This document shows positions 7,104 to 17,269 of a stretch of DNA of 64,000 nt, one piece after another. Made by a program: the position numbers and the translations under genes. The stretch comes from Candidatus Zixiibacteriota bacterium (GTDB lineage: Bacteria > Zixibacteria > MSB-5A5 > GN15 > PGXB01), in assembly GCA_040753495.1 (NCBI GenBank), contig JBFMEF010000048.1:1594-65593 (forward strand). The letters run 5' to 3'. Numbering within the stretch: the first letter of the stretch is position 1; each line of letters begins with the position of its first letter. The notes beneath the pieces were generated by a model. The model had not been told where the DNA came from. It did not search any database and saw only the letters and a program-made list of their open reading frames with translations.

Positions 7104-10100
7104 GCCCAGGAATCGATTCAGATTCTTTATCTCAGCTGCAAGATAATTTATTTTTCCTGCCTCCAGATATCGTGCCCGCAAGTTCTCGTCTTCGATGCTT
7201 TCGGCCATCGTCTTTATGAACTTGATTGCCTTGCGATAATATTCATATGCGCTTTCATAAGAGCCGGATAGTGCGCTGATTCGTCCCAGCCCGATAAGGC
7301 ATTCAGTCGTTTCCGGAATTAAGCCTATCCTTTTCGCCTGGCTGGCTCCTTGAGTCAAGCAGCCCTCTGCTTCAGCGATTTTCCCGATTTCCAGAAACCC
7401 TTTGCCGAGGTCTCGAAAATATCCGGCGGCTTCGATGTCAATATGTTTCTCATCTGACAAGAATCGTAAACCGGAAAGAACGCTTACCGCCTCATCCGGT
7501 CTGCCGGATTCCAGCAAAAGGTGCCCCTTTCTCAACTGAACCAATTGGAGGTCTCGCGCCACTTTGTTTGAAATGGCAAGTTTCTCCGCCTGTTCCATCA
7601 GTGTCATATCTTGTTTCAAGACCGCCCGTAGAGTTAGGATAGATGCCGCCGCCCGTTTGTCATTAATGGACTCGGCGGCTCTTTCGGCCTCCGACAAGAT
7701 CTTCAGCGCTCCCTCATGGTCATTGATGCACCCGTGAAGTTCCGCCAGCGCCAACTGGTACAGTGTCTGGTCAAGTTTATTGCCCAGTAGCGCCGTTCCC
7801 GTTATCGCCTTAAGAAGATTTTCCTGCCCCTTACCATATTGCCCCATTCTCCATTGTATTATCCCAACGAATCCGGCAAACATGCTGGAATGATTTTGAT
7901 CATTCAGTTCTTCAGAGAGCGCCGCTCCTTCGGCAAGATAGCGCAGAGCATCGCGAAGTCGTCCTCCTCTTATCATTACCTGTATCAGATTCTCATAGTT
8001 GTAAAGAAGTTCTCTTCTATTACCAATCCTCTGGTTAATTTTCAGCGACTCCGAGAGGCTGTCAATCGCCATTGCCGTTTCACCCATTTCATTATGCACA
8101 AAACCGAGATTGTTATGCACCCGGGCAATTTCTACCATATTGCCGCATTCTTCGTTCATGAGAAGCGCCGCGTTGAGGATTGTCACCATTCGGCGCAGAC
8201 GCCCCCTCGAAAAATAGGTGACGGCAATGTTATTCAAAGTTGAAGCGATATCTTTTTTGGCTCCTAACTTTTTCTGAATGTGCAGCGCCATCCGGAAAGT
8301 TTTCAGCGCCTCGTCAAATCGGTTGCTGACACAATGAATATTGCCCCGATTATTTATCGTATGCGACAACTCCAAATGGTCCCCCAGCGCCGAATAAATC
8401 TCTTCCGCTTTCCTCAGCGCCTCAATCCCTGATTCAAAATCCTGCTTCATCCGATAGAGATCGCCCAGGTCCTTAAAGGTCTCGGCGAGAAGTCTATCCG
8501 GGGGCTTATTCTGATACAGAGCGATTATCCTCTTATAGCAATCTTCCGCCGCCGGTAGCTCTCCCATCCCCTTCAGGGCATCGGCTTTTTTCATTAATAG
8601 CGGTGCGAGTCTTGTTTCATCATCTCCATTTGACGCCAGCGCCTCCAGAGCGCTCAATAACGCCACCGCTTCGGAATTCTCATTGCGGTCTATCCTGATA
8701 TCCGCCGCCTCCATCACCGCGGCATAAGCGCCTTCAAAATCGCCGGTCTGAAGATACAGTTCCGCCCCCATCTCAATATCCTTATATGACTCGATCGCTC
8801 TTCGCGCCAGGGACGTCGATAATCTTCGCAAAGTGGCGGCCGATATCCTCTGCCGCAGACAATATAAGACTGGACGGGTGTATATTTCACGCTCTGCTGC
8901 CTCTGGCTCTAATCCCAGACACCGCGCTCGTTCTATATCGCCGACAACCGCCATCTTCATCGCCATTCTCTTCTGATTGAAAGAAAGTCTTTTTATCTCG
9001 CATTCCACGGCGCGCCGCAATCTCCTCGGGAAGATTACTTTGTCGCTTGCATCCGATGCCGATATTAGAGCCCCGTCTTTCCATTGAAATACGCCCCTTG
9101 TGAAATTGCACTCCAGAAGACTTCTCAAACAATGGCGCTTAGCTCCGGCGCCGTCATACAACCGGTTCCTTATACCGGCCGAGAATCGGACAAACTCTTT
9201 TTCCAGGAATGCCTGATTGTCAAGTCTATCAAACGCTTGCATCAGATATTTGGGCCTGATGACTCGCTCGAAAGGAAAATCGGAGCCGGCCGCTTTTAAC
9301 CGCCGGCAAAGTTCAAAGCCGTCCTGAGGCCTTTTCTCCGGCAGTTTATCCAGCATTTGCGCCACGATTTCCGAAAGAGATTCCGGTGTATCGGCGCGAA
9401 CTTTTGAGAGACGCGGCGGTTCCGTTTCCTGAATGGCGGCATTGGTCCTGACCGGGTCCGAGTCATCCGCGAGGAAGGGATGTTTTCCTGACGCCATCAT
9501 ATAGGCGACTATACCGAGGGCAAAGATATCGGAGCGATGCTCCAGCGTTCCGCCGCGGATTGTTTCCGGAGCCATATAGCCGACCGTTCCCACCCCCAGC
9601 CGGGCGCCGCTATCTTCCCCCATCTTTTTCGCCAATGAAAAATCGGAAATCTTGGTAAAAAGTAATCCGTTCCTCCATTCCGAGGAGGTGTCGCCATTAA
9701 CAAATATATTCTGTGGTTTGAGATCTCCGTGCGACAATCCTGCCGAATAAAGGTAATAAAGTGAAATGCTGATTGAGGAAAGAAGCCGCAGTAACGCCTG
9801 CGGCTCCTCGATGCGTCCGATACTCTCCAGCGACTTGCCGGGGCAATACTCCATCTCCAGAAAGGGGAGAGTCGGGGAATCGATTAATCTCCTGAGGCGC
9901 ACCACTCCCGGGAAGCGCCATCCCCCTATCAAATCGAACTCACGGCTTATCAGAGTTCGAAATGTGGCAAGGTCGCCCGCGCTTCGGCGGAGTGGCATCT
10001 TTAGCGCGGAGTAAGTCCTGTCCTTCTTGTTCTGCGCCAGGAATACCTCCGCCGTCCCTCCTTGACCGAGAGAGCGGATTAACTGGTATTCCTCTCCGAT

Positions 10101-10115
10101 TGACGAGGCATCCAT
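7080..10115 (-). CDS. Ser/Thr protein kinase with long C-terminal TPR array
   Basis: 1011 aa. Hanks kinase motifs are present: GQGGTAEV (G-loop), ALK (Lys), HGDLKPQNIF (catalytic loop), DFS and GTVGYMAPE. The C-terminal ~550 aa consist of repeated TPR-like helices. Confidence 0.9.
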   Translation of the reverse strand: MDASSIGEEYQLIRSLGQGGTAEVFLAQNKKDRTYSALKMPLRRSAGDLATFRTLISREFDLIGGWRFPGVVRLRRLIDSPTLPFLEMEYCPGKSLESIGRIEEPQALLRLLSSISISLYYLYSAGLSHGDLKPQNIFVNGDTSSEWRNGLLFTKISDFSLAKKMGEDSGARLGVGTVGYMAPETIRGGTLEHRSDIFALGIVAYMMASGKHPFLADDSDPVRTNAAIQETEPPRLSKVRADTPESLSEIVAQMLDKLPEKRPQDGFELCRRLKAAGSDFPFERVIRPKYLMQAFDRLDNQAFLEKEFVRFSAGIRNRLYDGAGAKRHCLRSLLECNFTRGVFQWKDGALISASDASDKVIFPRRLRRAVECEIKRLSFNQKRMAMKMAVVGDIERARCLGLEPEAAEREIYTRPVLYCLRQRISAATLRRLSTSLARRAIESYKDIEMGAELYLQTGDFEGAYAAVMEAADIRIDRNENSEAVALLSALEALASNGDDETRLAPLLMKKADALKGMGELPAAEDCYKRIIALYQNKPPDRLLAETFKDLGDLYRMKQDFESGIEALRKAEEIYSALGDHLELSHTINNRGNIHCVSNRFDEALKTFRMALHIQKKLGAKKDIASTLNNIAVTYFSRGRLRRMVTILNAALLMNEECGNMVEIARVHNNLGFVHNEMGETAMAIDSLSESLKINQRIGNRRELLYNYENLIQVMIRGGRLRDALRYLAEGAALSEELNDQNHSSMFAGFVGIIQWRMGQYGKGQENLLKAITGTALLGNKLDQTLYQLALAELHGCINDHEGALKILSEAERAAESINDKRAAASILTLRAVLKQDMTLMEQAEKLAISNKVARDLQLVQLRKGHLLLESGRPDEAVSVLSGLRFLSDEKHIDIEAAGYFRDLGKGFLEIGKIAEAEGCLTQGASQAKRIGLIPETTECLIGLGRISALSGSYESAYEYYRKAIKFIKTMAESIEDENLRARYLEAGKINYLAAEIKNLNRFLGKKMGAGR

Positions 10116-10119
10116 TTTT

Positions 10120-11937
10120 TTATTTTTTTGAAACGTGCTCCAAAGGCAAGCTGATTATGAATGTGGTACCTTCATTCTGTTTGGAAACCACCGCTATTTC
10201 GCCGCCATGATTTTTGATAATTTTCTTGCAATTAGCCAGTCCCAGACCATGGCCGCTTTCTTTGGTGGTATAATGAGGCACAAAAATGCGCGACAGCGCC
10301 TCCTCCGGTATGCCGCAACCGTTGTCGGCAACCGATATCTTTATTTGCGCCCGGGGTTCGTCAAAGGCCGCCTGAATTTCTATCTTGCGGGTGAAATCAC
10401 GATTCCCGCTTGCCTCTTCATCTTTCCCCCTTTGTTCCAGGGCATCCGCCGCGTTATTGAGAAGATTCATCAGAACCTGCTGTATCTGCCCGACATCGAT
10501 CTGCACCGACGGCAGGACCGCTCCCAGGTCGACCGAAAATACAATCTTCTTAAAACGGTTCTGCGCTTTGAGAGAGAATAACAGGTCTTCGATGAGATGC
10601 TTGATATCGTACGATACCACCTCGGTATCCATCTTGGAAAAATCCATCAGGCCATCGGTGAACCGTTTCATTTTCGATATACTCTCAATTATCTGCTTGG
10701 AATTATAAGAAGCTTTCTCCGCCTGCCCTCTCTGAAGATTCAGCGAAAGCAATTCCGCATTATTGGCGATTATCGCCAGATAATTATTTAATTCATGGCC
10801 TATTGAGGCCGCCATTTCTCCCCGCGCCACCAGTTTCTCGGAGAGAATCACATATTTTTCCATAATCACCTTCTCGGTGATATCCTCAATAATGAGTATC
10901 AGGCCATCATGCCCGTACGGCAGTTTCCTGATAGGGGAGAGCTTGATGGAAAAAACTTTCTCATCGTAGCCGGTATTATGAAAATAGCGCGAATCCTCCA
11001 GCGGCTGACGTGTGCTGAGCGCCATATCAATCATCTGACGCCATTTCCCCCGCTCACTTTCGGGAATCAATTCAAAGAAGGTGGTCGAAGTCTCATTCGG
11101 AGTGAAGAGACGGACTTTGTCTTTGTCTTTATCAAAGGTCGCCAGGGCGGCGTCATTAATGGAAACCAGATGATAATCGGTATCAATTACAACTATGCCA
11201 ACCGGCGAATTATTGATGACTTTTTCGTTGTACTGCTTGAGGTCGAGAAGCCGGTCATAGAGGCTGGCGTTATGTATGGCATGCGCTGCCTGCTGCGCCA
11301 GAAGTTCAAACAGGAAAAGGTCCGATTTGAGAAACAGTTTCGCCTGAGACGAATTATCCAGATAGATTATCCCGATGACCCGATTGTTAATCTTGAGCGG
11401 CACGCACATGATGGAGCGCAAATGCAGCTCCAGTACCGACTTCTGATTGGCGTACCTCTGGTCGGCCTGGGCATCCGAGGTGTAAATCGATTTTCCGCTC
11501 GCCGCCACCTGGTTGGCAATCGAATTGGAAATCCGGAAATCCTCCTCCATCAGAGATTCTTTGCAGAGATTGAAGGCCGTCTTGAACTGCAGCTCCCCAT
11601 TGTCATCCAGGAGCATTATAAAGCCGCGCTCGGCTGAGAGAAGTTCAATCGCTTTCTGCATCACCATCTGCAAAACATCCTCAAGCACCAAAGAGGAATT
11701 GACAGCCAGGGATACCTCCAGGACTGCCCTCAGGTCCTCGAGTCTGGTGGTGGTCGCATTCTCGCTTGCTTCTATTCGGGGATTCTCACCGGCAATCTCA
11801 TCCAGAGCCGCCTCCATCTGCGCCAGAACGCTTCCGGTGTCACCCAGACGAAGTCTCTCGGTCTTCTGCCCAGATGGTTTCGGCTTACTTACAAAAATGC
11901 CGGTGCCAGATTCTGTCTCATCCTTGTAGTCAGGCAT
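10120..11937 (-). CDS. cytoplasmic GAF-PAS sensor histidine kinase
   Basis: 605 aa with a GAF-like then a PAS-like region. It has the H-box SIGHELNNYL, N-box NLLNNAADA, G1 DNGCGIP and G2 GHGLGLA. No TM segments. There is a 4-nt gap to the downstream kinase gene. Confidence 0.9.
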   Translation of the reverse strand: MPDYKDETESGTGIFVSKPKPSGQKTERLRLGDTGSVLAQMEAALDEIAGENPRIEASENATTTRLEDLRAVLEVSLAVNSSLVLEDVLQMVMQKAIELLSAERGFIMLLDDNGELQFKTAFNLCKESLMEEDFRISNSIANQVAASGKSIYTSDAQADQRYANQKSVLELHLRSIMCVPLKINNRVIGIIYLDNSSQAKLFLKSDLFLFELLAQQAAHAIHNASLYDRLLDLKQYNEKVINNSPVGIVVIDTDYHLVSINDAALATFDKDKDKVRLFTPNETSTTFFELIPESERGKWRQMIDMALSTRQPLEDSRYFHNTGYDEKVFSIKLSPIRKLPYGHDGLILIIEDITEKVIMEKYVILSEKLVARGEMAASIGHELNNYLAIIANNAELLSLNLQRGQAEKASYNSKQIIESISKMKRFTDGLMDFSKMDTEVVSYDIKHLIEDLLFSLKAQNRFKKIVFSVDLGAVLPSVQIDVGQIQQVLMNLLNNAADALEQRGKDEEASGNRDFTRKIEIQAAFDEPRAQIKISVADNGCGIPEEALSRIFVPHYTTKESGHGLGLANCKKIIKNHGGEIAVVSKQNEGTTFIISLPLEHVSKK

Positions 11938-12050
11938 AGTTTCACCTTCATCTTATTTATCTCCTTATGATATCGGCAGATAAGCCCCAATCCTTAAGAC
12001 CGCAAAGGGTCCCGCTGCCTCTGATTCTGACCACCTATGATACCCCCAAA

Positions 12051-12081
12051 TAAAAAAGACGGCCCTTGTAACGACCGTCTT
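12051..12081 (-). terminator. rho-independent terminator after the Omp85-like gene
   Basis: On the minus strand: aagacgg-(12-nt loop)-ccgtctt followed by TTTTT. It lies 20-50 nt downstream of the stop at 12102. Confidence 0.6.
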
Positions 12082-12101
12082 TTCAAGCATCTAACTTGTT
12101 G

Positions 12102-13850
12102 TCATTCAAACAGATTTTGAAATCTCACATAGATAACAGGGGAGACATCGGAGCGGTCAAGTCGTTTCCCGACTAACATCCTGATATCATTTCCAAACGC
12201 CAGACCCAAGCCTACCGAATGCCGCACTTCCGCCTCCGACAGACTGATCGGCTCTTCCGTTATCTGACCGACATTATAAAATATCCATCCCACCATCTCT
12301 GAGTTGGGGAAACGAACCCCATATTCCAGATTCGCCAACCAGAACTCCGAGCCATAGAACTCCTTATGCTCATATCCGTGCAGTGTACCTAAGCCGCCCA
12401 GGAAATATTTCCGTGACAAGGGAAGAGGATTGTCGGCGCCGCCATAATATCCTTTGAAGACCAGCCCCGATTGACGGCTCAACTCCTGGTGTCGCGTTAC
12501 CGTCAGCTGATATCTTGTGAATACATAGTCATCATTCCATTCCCCCGGCGCCCATTCGATATCGAGGACTCCTTTCCAATAGGATGATGCAAATAATTCT
12601 TCCGGCATTTCGGTTTCGAATGCCGCTGAAAATGTGACACTGGAAAGTTCGCTTCCATCGAGCTGTTTTATCGCCGCTCCCCGCACCGGTTCAATTATTG
12701 TTGAGAAGTTTTCCCCGAAACGCTTGGAGCCGCCGAACAGTGACCAGAGATTTTTATGCCCGTCGAGCCATTTGTACTTTTCCGACATCACCCCCAGTCG
12801 TGCTGTCAGATTACCGAACGGCTTGACCCTGACATAACCGCTTCCCCCTTCAGCCTCATAATAATCCTTATAGTCCTCGGTGGCTAAGAGAGCAAAAGCG
12901 GTATTCTCCGCCTCGCTTAAGAGCCAGCCATCATTTGACGACAACTTCTTGTAGAAACTTCCCCCCACCGCCAGCGGCAGGGAGCGAAGCACCGTCTGTT
13001 CCGCTTCCGCCACGAATCGCCAGCGCTCCGATTCAAAACCATATCCACCATAGATAGTGAATTTCGGCAGCACCGAGTCTTCATCCTGATATTTCACTCC
13101 CAGATATGGCGCCGCCCCATCAACACGATTATAGTAGAGCATTACCACCGGAGAGAAAAACCGGTCCCGTCGGTACCATTTCTTCCAGCGGTCAAAGCCC
13201 TGGTTTTTCTTGCCGCTGGAGGTCCTAATCGACCCGTAAATCGTCGCTTTTTTCGATAGATTTACCTCGCCGTTCAAAGAGACCACATTCCCCCGCACCA
13301 CCGCGTTGTCGCCGATGGTAACGTTGCCGAATATCGCCACAACATCCTCATTCACTTCACCGTCAACCAGTATATCTCCCCAGAATGCCACCGCACCCCC
13401 CCTGAGAAACCGTTCTTTCGCAATTACAATATCTTCCAGAAACGTGATTTCGTTCTGGCGCCGCGAGCGCGCCGGCATCACTCCCGCTGTATCTTTTCGA
13501 TAAAGCACTATCCGGGTTTCGTTCTCACCATTGGTTTCCAGGGCCATTCGCCCTATCAATTCCGGACCATAAAGTTGATTCCCCAGCGCGAATCCTTTTT
13601 TGCTCAAAGCCAGAGTATCTTTTATGCGAACCTCGTCCTGGTTTGCCCTGACATCCTCTTTATCGAACTGGACCTGGAAACTGGTGTCGTTGTCGAAAAT
13701 CGTAATATTGATCTGGTCGTTGTCAAAATAGATCTCCAGAAGCGGGTTTTGACTGGATGTTCTTTCGAATTTCTTAAATTCGTCGGCCGCGTTCAAGAAT
13801 GACGCTGTCAGTATTATTGCGGCGGTTATTATGAAACGGCGTAATTTCAC
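12102..13850 (-). CDS. Omp85/surface-antigen (D15) family outer-membrane barrel with bactofilin-like N-terminal beta-helix region
   Basis: A GTG at 13850 is preceded by GGAGGT and gives the signal peptide (M)KLRRFIITAAIILTASFLNA. Residues ~160-215 (GDILVDGEVNEDVVAIFGNVTIGDNAVVRGNVVSLNGEVNLSKKATIYGS) resemble bactofilin/DUF583 repeats. The C-terminus YFLGGLGTLHGY...SVGLGLAF...YVRFQNLF is Omp85-like. Confidence 0.75.
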   Translation of the reverse strand: MKLRRFIITAAIILTASFLNAADEFKKFERTSSQNPLLEIYFDNDQINITIFDNDTSFQVQFDKEDVRANQDEVRIKDTLALSKKGFALGNQLYGPELIGRMALETNGENETRIVLYRKDTAGVMPARSRRQNEITFLEDIVIAKERFLRGGAVAFWGDILVDGEVNEDVVAIFGNVTIGDNAVVRGNVVSLNGEVNLSKKATIYGSIRTSSGKKNQGFDRWKKWYRRDRFFSPVVMLYYNRVDGAAPYLGVKYQDEDSVLPKFTIYGGYGFESERWRFVAEAEQTVLRSLPLAVGGSFYKKLSSNDGWLLSEAENTAFALLATEDYKDYYEAEGGSGYVRVKPFGNLTARLGVMSEKYKWLDGHKNLWSLFGGSKRFGENFSTIIEPVRGAAIKQLDGSELSSVTFSAAFETEMPEELFASSYWKGVLDIEWAPGEWNDDYVFTRYQLTVTRHQELSRQSGLVFKGYYGGADNPLPLSRKYFLGGLGTLHGYEHKEFYGSEFWLANLEYGVRFPNSEMVGWIFYNVGQITEEPISLSEAEVRHSVGLGLAFGNDIRMLVGKRLDRSDVSPVIYVRFQNLFE

Positions 13851-13924
13851 TCTTACCTCCAATAAGGGCAAAAGTCCCTATGTTACTTCCTGACGGTCAA
13901 GTGAAATATTTCCCGTCGTCATTG

Positions 13925-14503
13925 TCAAGCCTTATTCAGGAATCGCTTGCGGTAATCGGCGAGCGCTTGACGGTGCGACTTGAATGCGATAGTCTCCGGA
14001 ACCTGGTCGAAGTCAAAAAATTGCACTTCCTGGGCGTCATCCGCCGCCGACAGTTCGCCTCCTTCAACCGATGCCAGATAGAGAATCAAGATGGCATTGG
14101 TGCGGGGGTCATCTTCACCTGAATAGACTTCAAAAAGGGAATCCAATCTCACTTTGAGCCCGGTTTCTTCCGCAATTTCCCGAACCGCGGTCTGTGAGGG
14201 ATGTTCCGCCCACTCCATAAATCCGGCCGGCAAACACCACCAGCCTACCTTGGGCGGCGCCGCCCGCTTGACGAGAAGTATTTTCCCCTCCGCTATCACC
14301 AGAGCGCCGGCGGCCGGGGTAGGATTATGATAATAGATAAAATCGCAGCTCTCACTCTGACAGCGAAGCCGCGGACGATGGTCGATAAATTCTTCCTGCA
14401 GTTCCTGGCCGCAAAGGGGACAGTATCTGTACCCGGAAAATCGCTCTTTTCGTTCAAATAAAAGCTGCTCGTTGAAATTCTTTCGGGGCATCGGAATAGT
14501 CAT
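13925..14503 (-). CDS. Nudix hydrolase with N-terminal C4 zinc ribbon
   Basis: 192 aa with CPLCG...CQSESC followed by the Nudix box GFMEWAEHPSQTAVREIAEETGL. Its start overlaps the stop of the PP2C gene (ATGA). Confidence 0.85.
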   Translation of the reverse strand: MTIPMPRKNFNEQLLFERKERFSGYRYCPLCGQELQEEFIDHRPRLRCQSESCDFIYYHNPTPAAGALVIAEGKILLVKRAAPPKVGWWCLPAGFMEWAEHPSQTAVREIAEETGLKVRLDSLFEVYSGEDDPRTNAILILYLASVEGGELSAADDAQEVQFFDFDQVPETIAFKSHRQALADYRKRFLNKA

Positions 14504-16743
14504 CCTCTCGTCAATTTCATGGCAATCAGGGTGGTGTCATCGCGGGGTGGATCGGTCGGGTCAAATTCACGAACGATCTCTAATATTTTGGTGACAATCT
14601 CCCGGGAGCTGCCGTCACGATTCTGTCGCACAAAGTCTCTTATCCGCTCTTCACCAAATTCCGTTTCCTTCTCATCCTGGGCTTCCGACAGGCCGTCAGT
14701 ATATAAAAACAGCATATCATCCGGTTCCAATCTGATAGATGTCTCCTGATAACAGGCTCCCGGAAACGCCCCCAGTAAAATGCCGCCGGTGTCAAGATTC
14801 TGAAGACGACCATCAGCCTTTGCCAGAATAGGGTAATTATGACCGGCGTTGGCATAGCGTAACTCACCCGTCCCGGGATTGAATTCAGCGTAGAACAGCG
14901 TCACAAATCTCTCTGAGGATGTCGATTCCACCACATATCTATTTATATTATACAAAATCTTGGCGATTTCGGTGTTATTGGCGACCTCCGATCGAATCAT
15001 CGCCTGGATTTGCGCCACCAGAAGCGCTGCCGGCATCCCTTTACCCGAGGCATCGGCTATGACCATTCCAAATATGCCGTCATCTTTCGGAATGAAATCG
15101 TAGAAATCCCCCCCGATTGTTCGCGACGGCAGCGAATAGGCAAAGATATCCAGGTGCGCCGAACGGGGAGGATTTTTGGGCAGCAGGTCAAGCTGAATCT
15201 GGCGCGCCATATTCAGCTCTTCTTCCATCCTCTGTTTTTCGAGCGAATCGGCGTACAGGCGGGCGTTGGTAAGGACCGTCACCAGCTGATTGGAAATGAC
15301 CCCCAGCATCGATATATCTTCCGCATTGTAACGGTAGCCCGATTCTTTCTCGGTCAGCGCCAGAAATCCCAGCAGATGGTCGGCATCTTTAAGAGGTAAT
15401 ATCAGCTGCGCTTTACGACGCTCCAATTCATCGGCAAGGGAACTCCCGGCGCGATACATAGACAAACGCTCCATGAAAGTCGGAGTTTCCAGCTGACCGA
15501 TTCCTCCCAGAAAGAGGTCTTCCCGATTAATAATGACACGATGGGCAAAATCTTCCGATGGCAGAAGCACATATTCGCCCAGACGGTCGTCAAATAGCAC
15601 GAAGTACACCCGCTTGATGAAAAGTGACGATGTCAGGGTCTTTTCAATCATGCTCCGCACCTGCTCCAGATCGAATACTGATATCAAACGGCGCGAGAGA
15701 ATCTCCATCAGGTTGCGATAATCGGTGCGGCTCTTGATGAACAGTTTCTTTATCAGATTATCGAGCTGGACATTAATCGGCTGAAAGAGCATCAGCGCCA
15801 CCACAATAAAAGCGATATTGACAATCGTGGTCTTGGCGCCAAATAGCGACGTTATCATCCGGTCGGCTTCCCCCACCAGAAGTATATATAGCCCCACCAG
15901 AATCCCCGAGGATATGGTATAGACCAGCGACTGTCGCACAATGACGCTGACATCCAGAAACTGATATCGCACAATTGACCAGGCAATGGCGCCGCCCCCG
16001 ACCAGAAGGGAGCCGATTAACACGCCGGTCTGCAGTGACGCTGAAAAATCAATCGAGAAAATCTCCGGCACCAGAAAGGCCGCCGTATAAAGCCCCATCG
16101 CTACCGAAATGCCGGTAATCAGGACATTAGATTGCCGTCTCAGCTGCTGATTGGCAATCTGCCCTTTGCCTCTCAGAATGAAATAGACCGCCAGCGCCAC
16201 ATAGATTAGATTTATCAATGAAAATAGTGTTTCCTGTGAGTGAATCAACAGGCTGAACCCAAGCACCACATATTTCAGAATATCGGAGAGCGGTTTCAGA
16301 ATCAGCGAGGCAAATCCTTCTCCCGACTGCACATCAAGCAGATTCAAAATCTTGTCCGGGTCTTTGAAAACGGTGACCAGAAAGAGATGAAATATGTGGG
16401 GCAAAAATATAAGATATTTGAGTTTCGGGAATCGCATCCCTGAAAGACGGTCCACCGGAAAAATCCAAGAAAATAAGAGAAACGACGGGAAGAAAAGCTC
16501 CCAGACATACAGAAGATTATAGATTAAGGATTCTTCAAAAGGAGCCTCAGCCGAGACATTCGGCTTGACAATCGTGCCCAGCGCCAGAAAAATCGGACCC
16601 AGGGCGGCAAAGAACAGCATGGCGCCGGTAATCCGGTTGGCGCGATGACCAATATGGTCGCGCACTATGGAATATGCCAGAAACAGCAATATGCCGCCGA
16701 AAATGAAATAGACGGCCGTTATCGCTATTTGATAAATATCCAT
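14500..16743 (-). CDS. integral-membrane GAF-domain PP2C/SpoIIE-family Ser phosphatase (RsbU-like)
   Basis: 747 aa. There are about 8 hydrophobic helices in the first 330 aa, a GAF-like middle region, and C-terminal PPM motifs (GGDFYDF, VIADASGKGMPAAL, FLYTDGLSEA). Confidence 0.85.
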   Translation of the reverse strand: MDIYQIAITAVYFIFGGILLFLAYSIVRDHIGHRANRITGAMLFFAALGPIFLALGTIVKPNVSAEAPFEESLIYNLLYVWELFFPSFLLFSWIFPVDRLSGMRFPKLKYLIFLPHIFHLFLVTVFKDPDKILNLLDVQSGEGFASLILKPLSDILKYVVLGFSLLIHSQETLFSLINLIYVALAVYFILRGKGQIANQQLRRQSNVLITGISVAMGLYTAAFLVPEIFSIDFSASLQTGVLIGSLLVGGGAIAWSIVRYQFLDVSVIVRQSLVYTISSGILVGLYILLVGEADRMITSLFGAKTTIVNIAFIVVALMLFQPINVQLDNLIKKLFIKSRTDYRNLMEILSRRLISVFDLEQVRSMIEKTLTSSLFIKRVYFVLFDDRLGEYVLLPSEDFAHRVIINREDLFLGGIGQLETPTFMERLSMYRAGSSLADELERRKAQLILPLKDADHLLGFLALTEKESGYRYNAEDISMLGVISNQLVTVLTNARLYADSLEKQRMEEELNMARQIQLDLLPKNPPRSAHLDIFAYSLPSRTIGGDFYDFIPKDDGIFGMVIADASGKGMPAALLVAQIQAMIRSEVANNTEIAKILYNINRYVVESTSSERFVTLFYAEFNPGTGELRYANAGHNYPILAKADGRLQNLDTGGILLGAFPGACYQETSIRLEPDDMLFLYTDGLSEAQDEKETEFGEERIRDFVRQNRDGSSREIVTKILEIVREFDPTDPPRDDTTLIAMKLTRG

Positions 16744-16764
16744 TTCAGTTCAATTCCCGAATAC

Positions 16765-17190
16765 TCAGGAGATTTTCTTTGACAACGTTACCCGGGTTCC
16801 TTTTCCGGGAAGAAAATCGAATTTTACGGAGTCCATCAGTGAGCGGACTATGAAAATTCCGCGCCCCACTTCGCGCATCAGGTTATCCTCATCCACCGGA
16901 TTCTGCACCGCCGTCGGGTCAAACCCGTTTCCTTCATCCCCAATCACTATCTCTATGGCCCCGTCCTTCCGCTCTATTGATACTGTCACCTCTTTGTCCA
17001 GGTCGGAGCGGTTGCCGTGAATTATGCTGTTGTTGACAATTTCTGTAACCGATATCGCAATATCGGCTATCGTTTCTTCCATCACCCCGTAACCTCGAAG
17101 AATTCCTTCCAGAAAACTGTCAACATCACTGAGGTACTCCTGCGACGAGGGGATATGAATGCTGTTGCCTTTGATTGTCGGTTTCTTCAT
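16765..17190 (-). CDS. anti-sigma-type Ser kinase, RsbW/SpoIIAB-like (HATPase_c)
   Basis: Bergerat-fold motifs are present: EIVNNSIIHG, GDEGNGF and GRGIFIV. The ATG at 17190 has a GGAAG about 8 nt upstream. The ORF track extends to a TTG at 17232, so the start is uncertain. Confidence 0.8.
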   Translation of the reverse strand: MKKPTIKGNSIHIPSSQEYLSDVDSFLEGILRGYGVMEETIADIAISVTEIVNNSIIHGNRSDLDKEVTVSIERKDGAIEIVIGDEGNGFDPTAVQNPVDEDNLMREVGRGIFIVRSLMDSVKFDFLPGKGTRVTLSKKIS

Positions 17191-17269
17191 TTTATCTTCC
17201 ATTTTAATAAAAAAGGCAGGTTGAAGACCCAACCCACCCTGCTATCTTAGGAATCACCCGGGCAATTCC

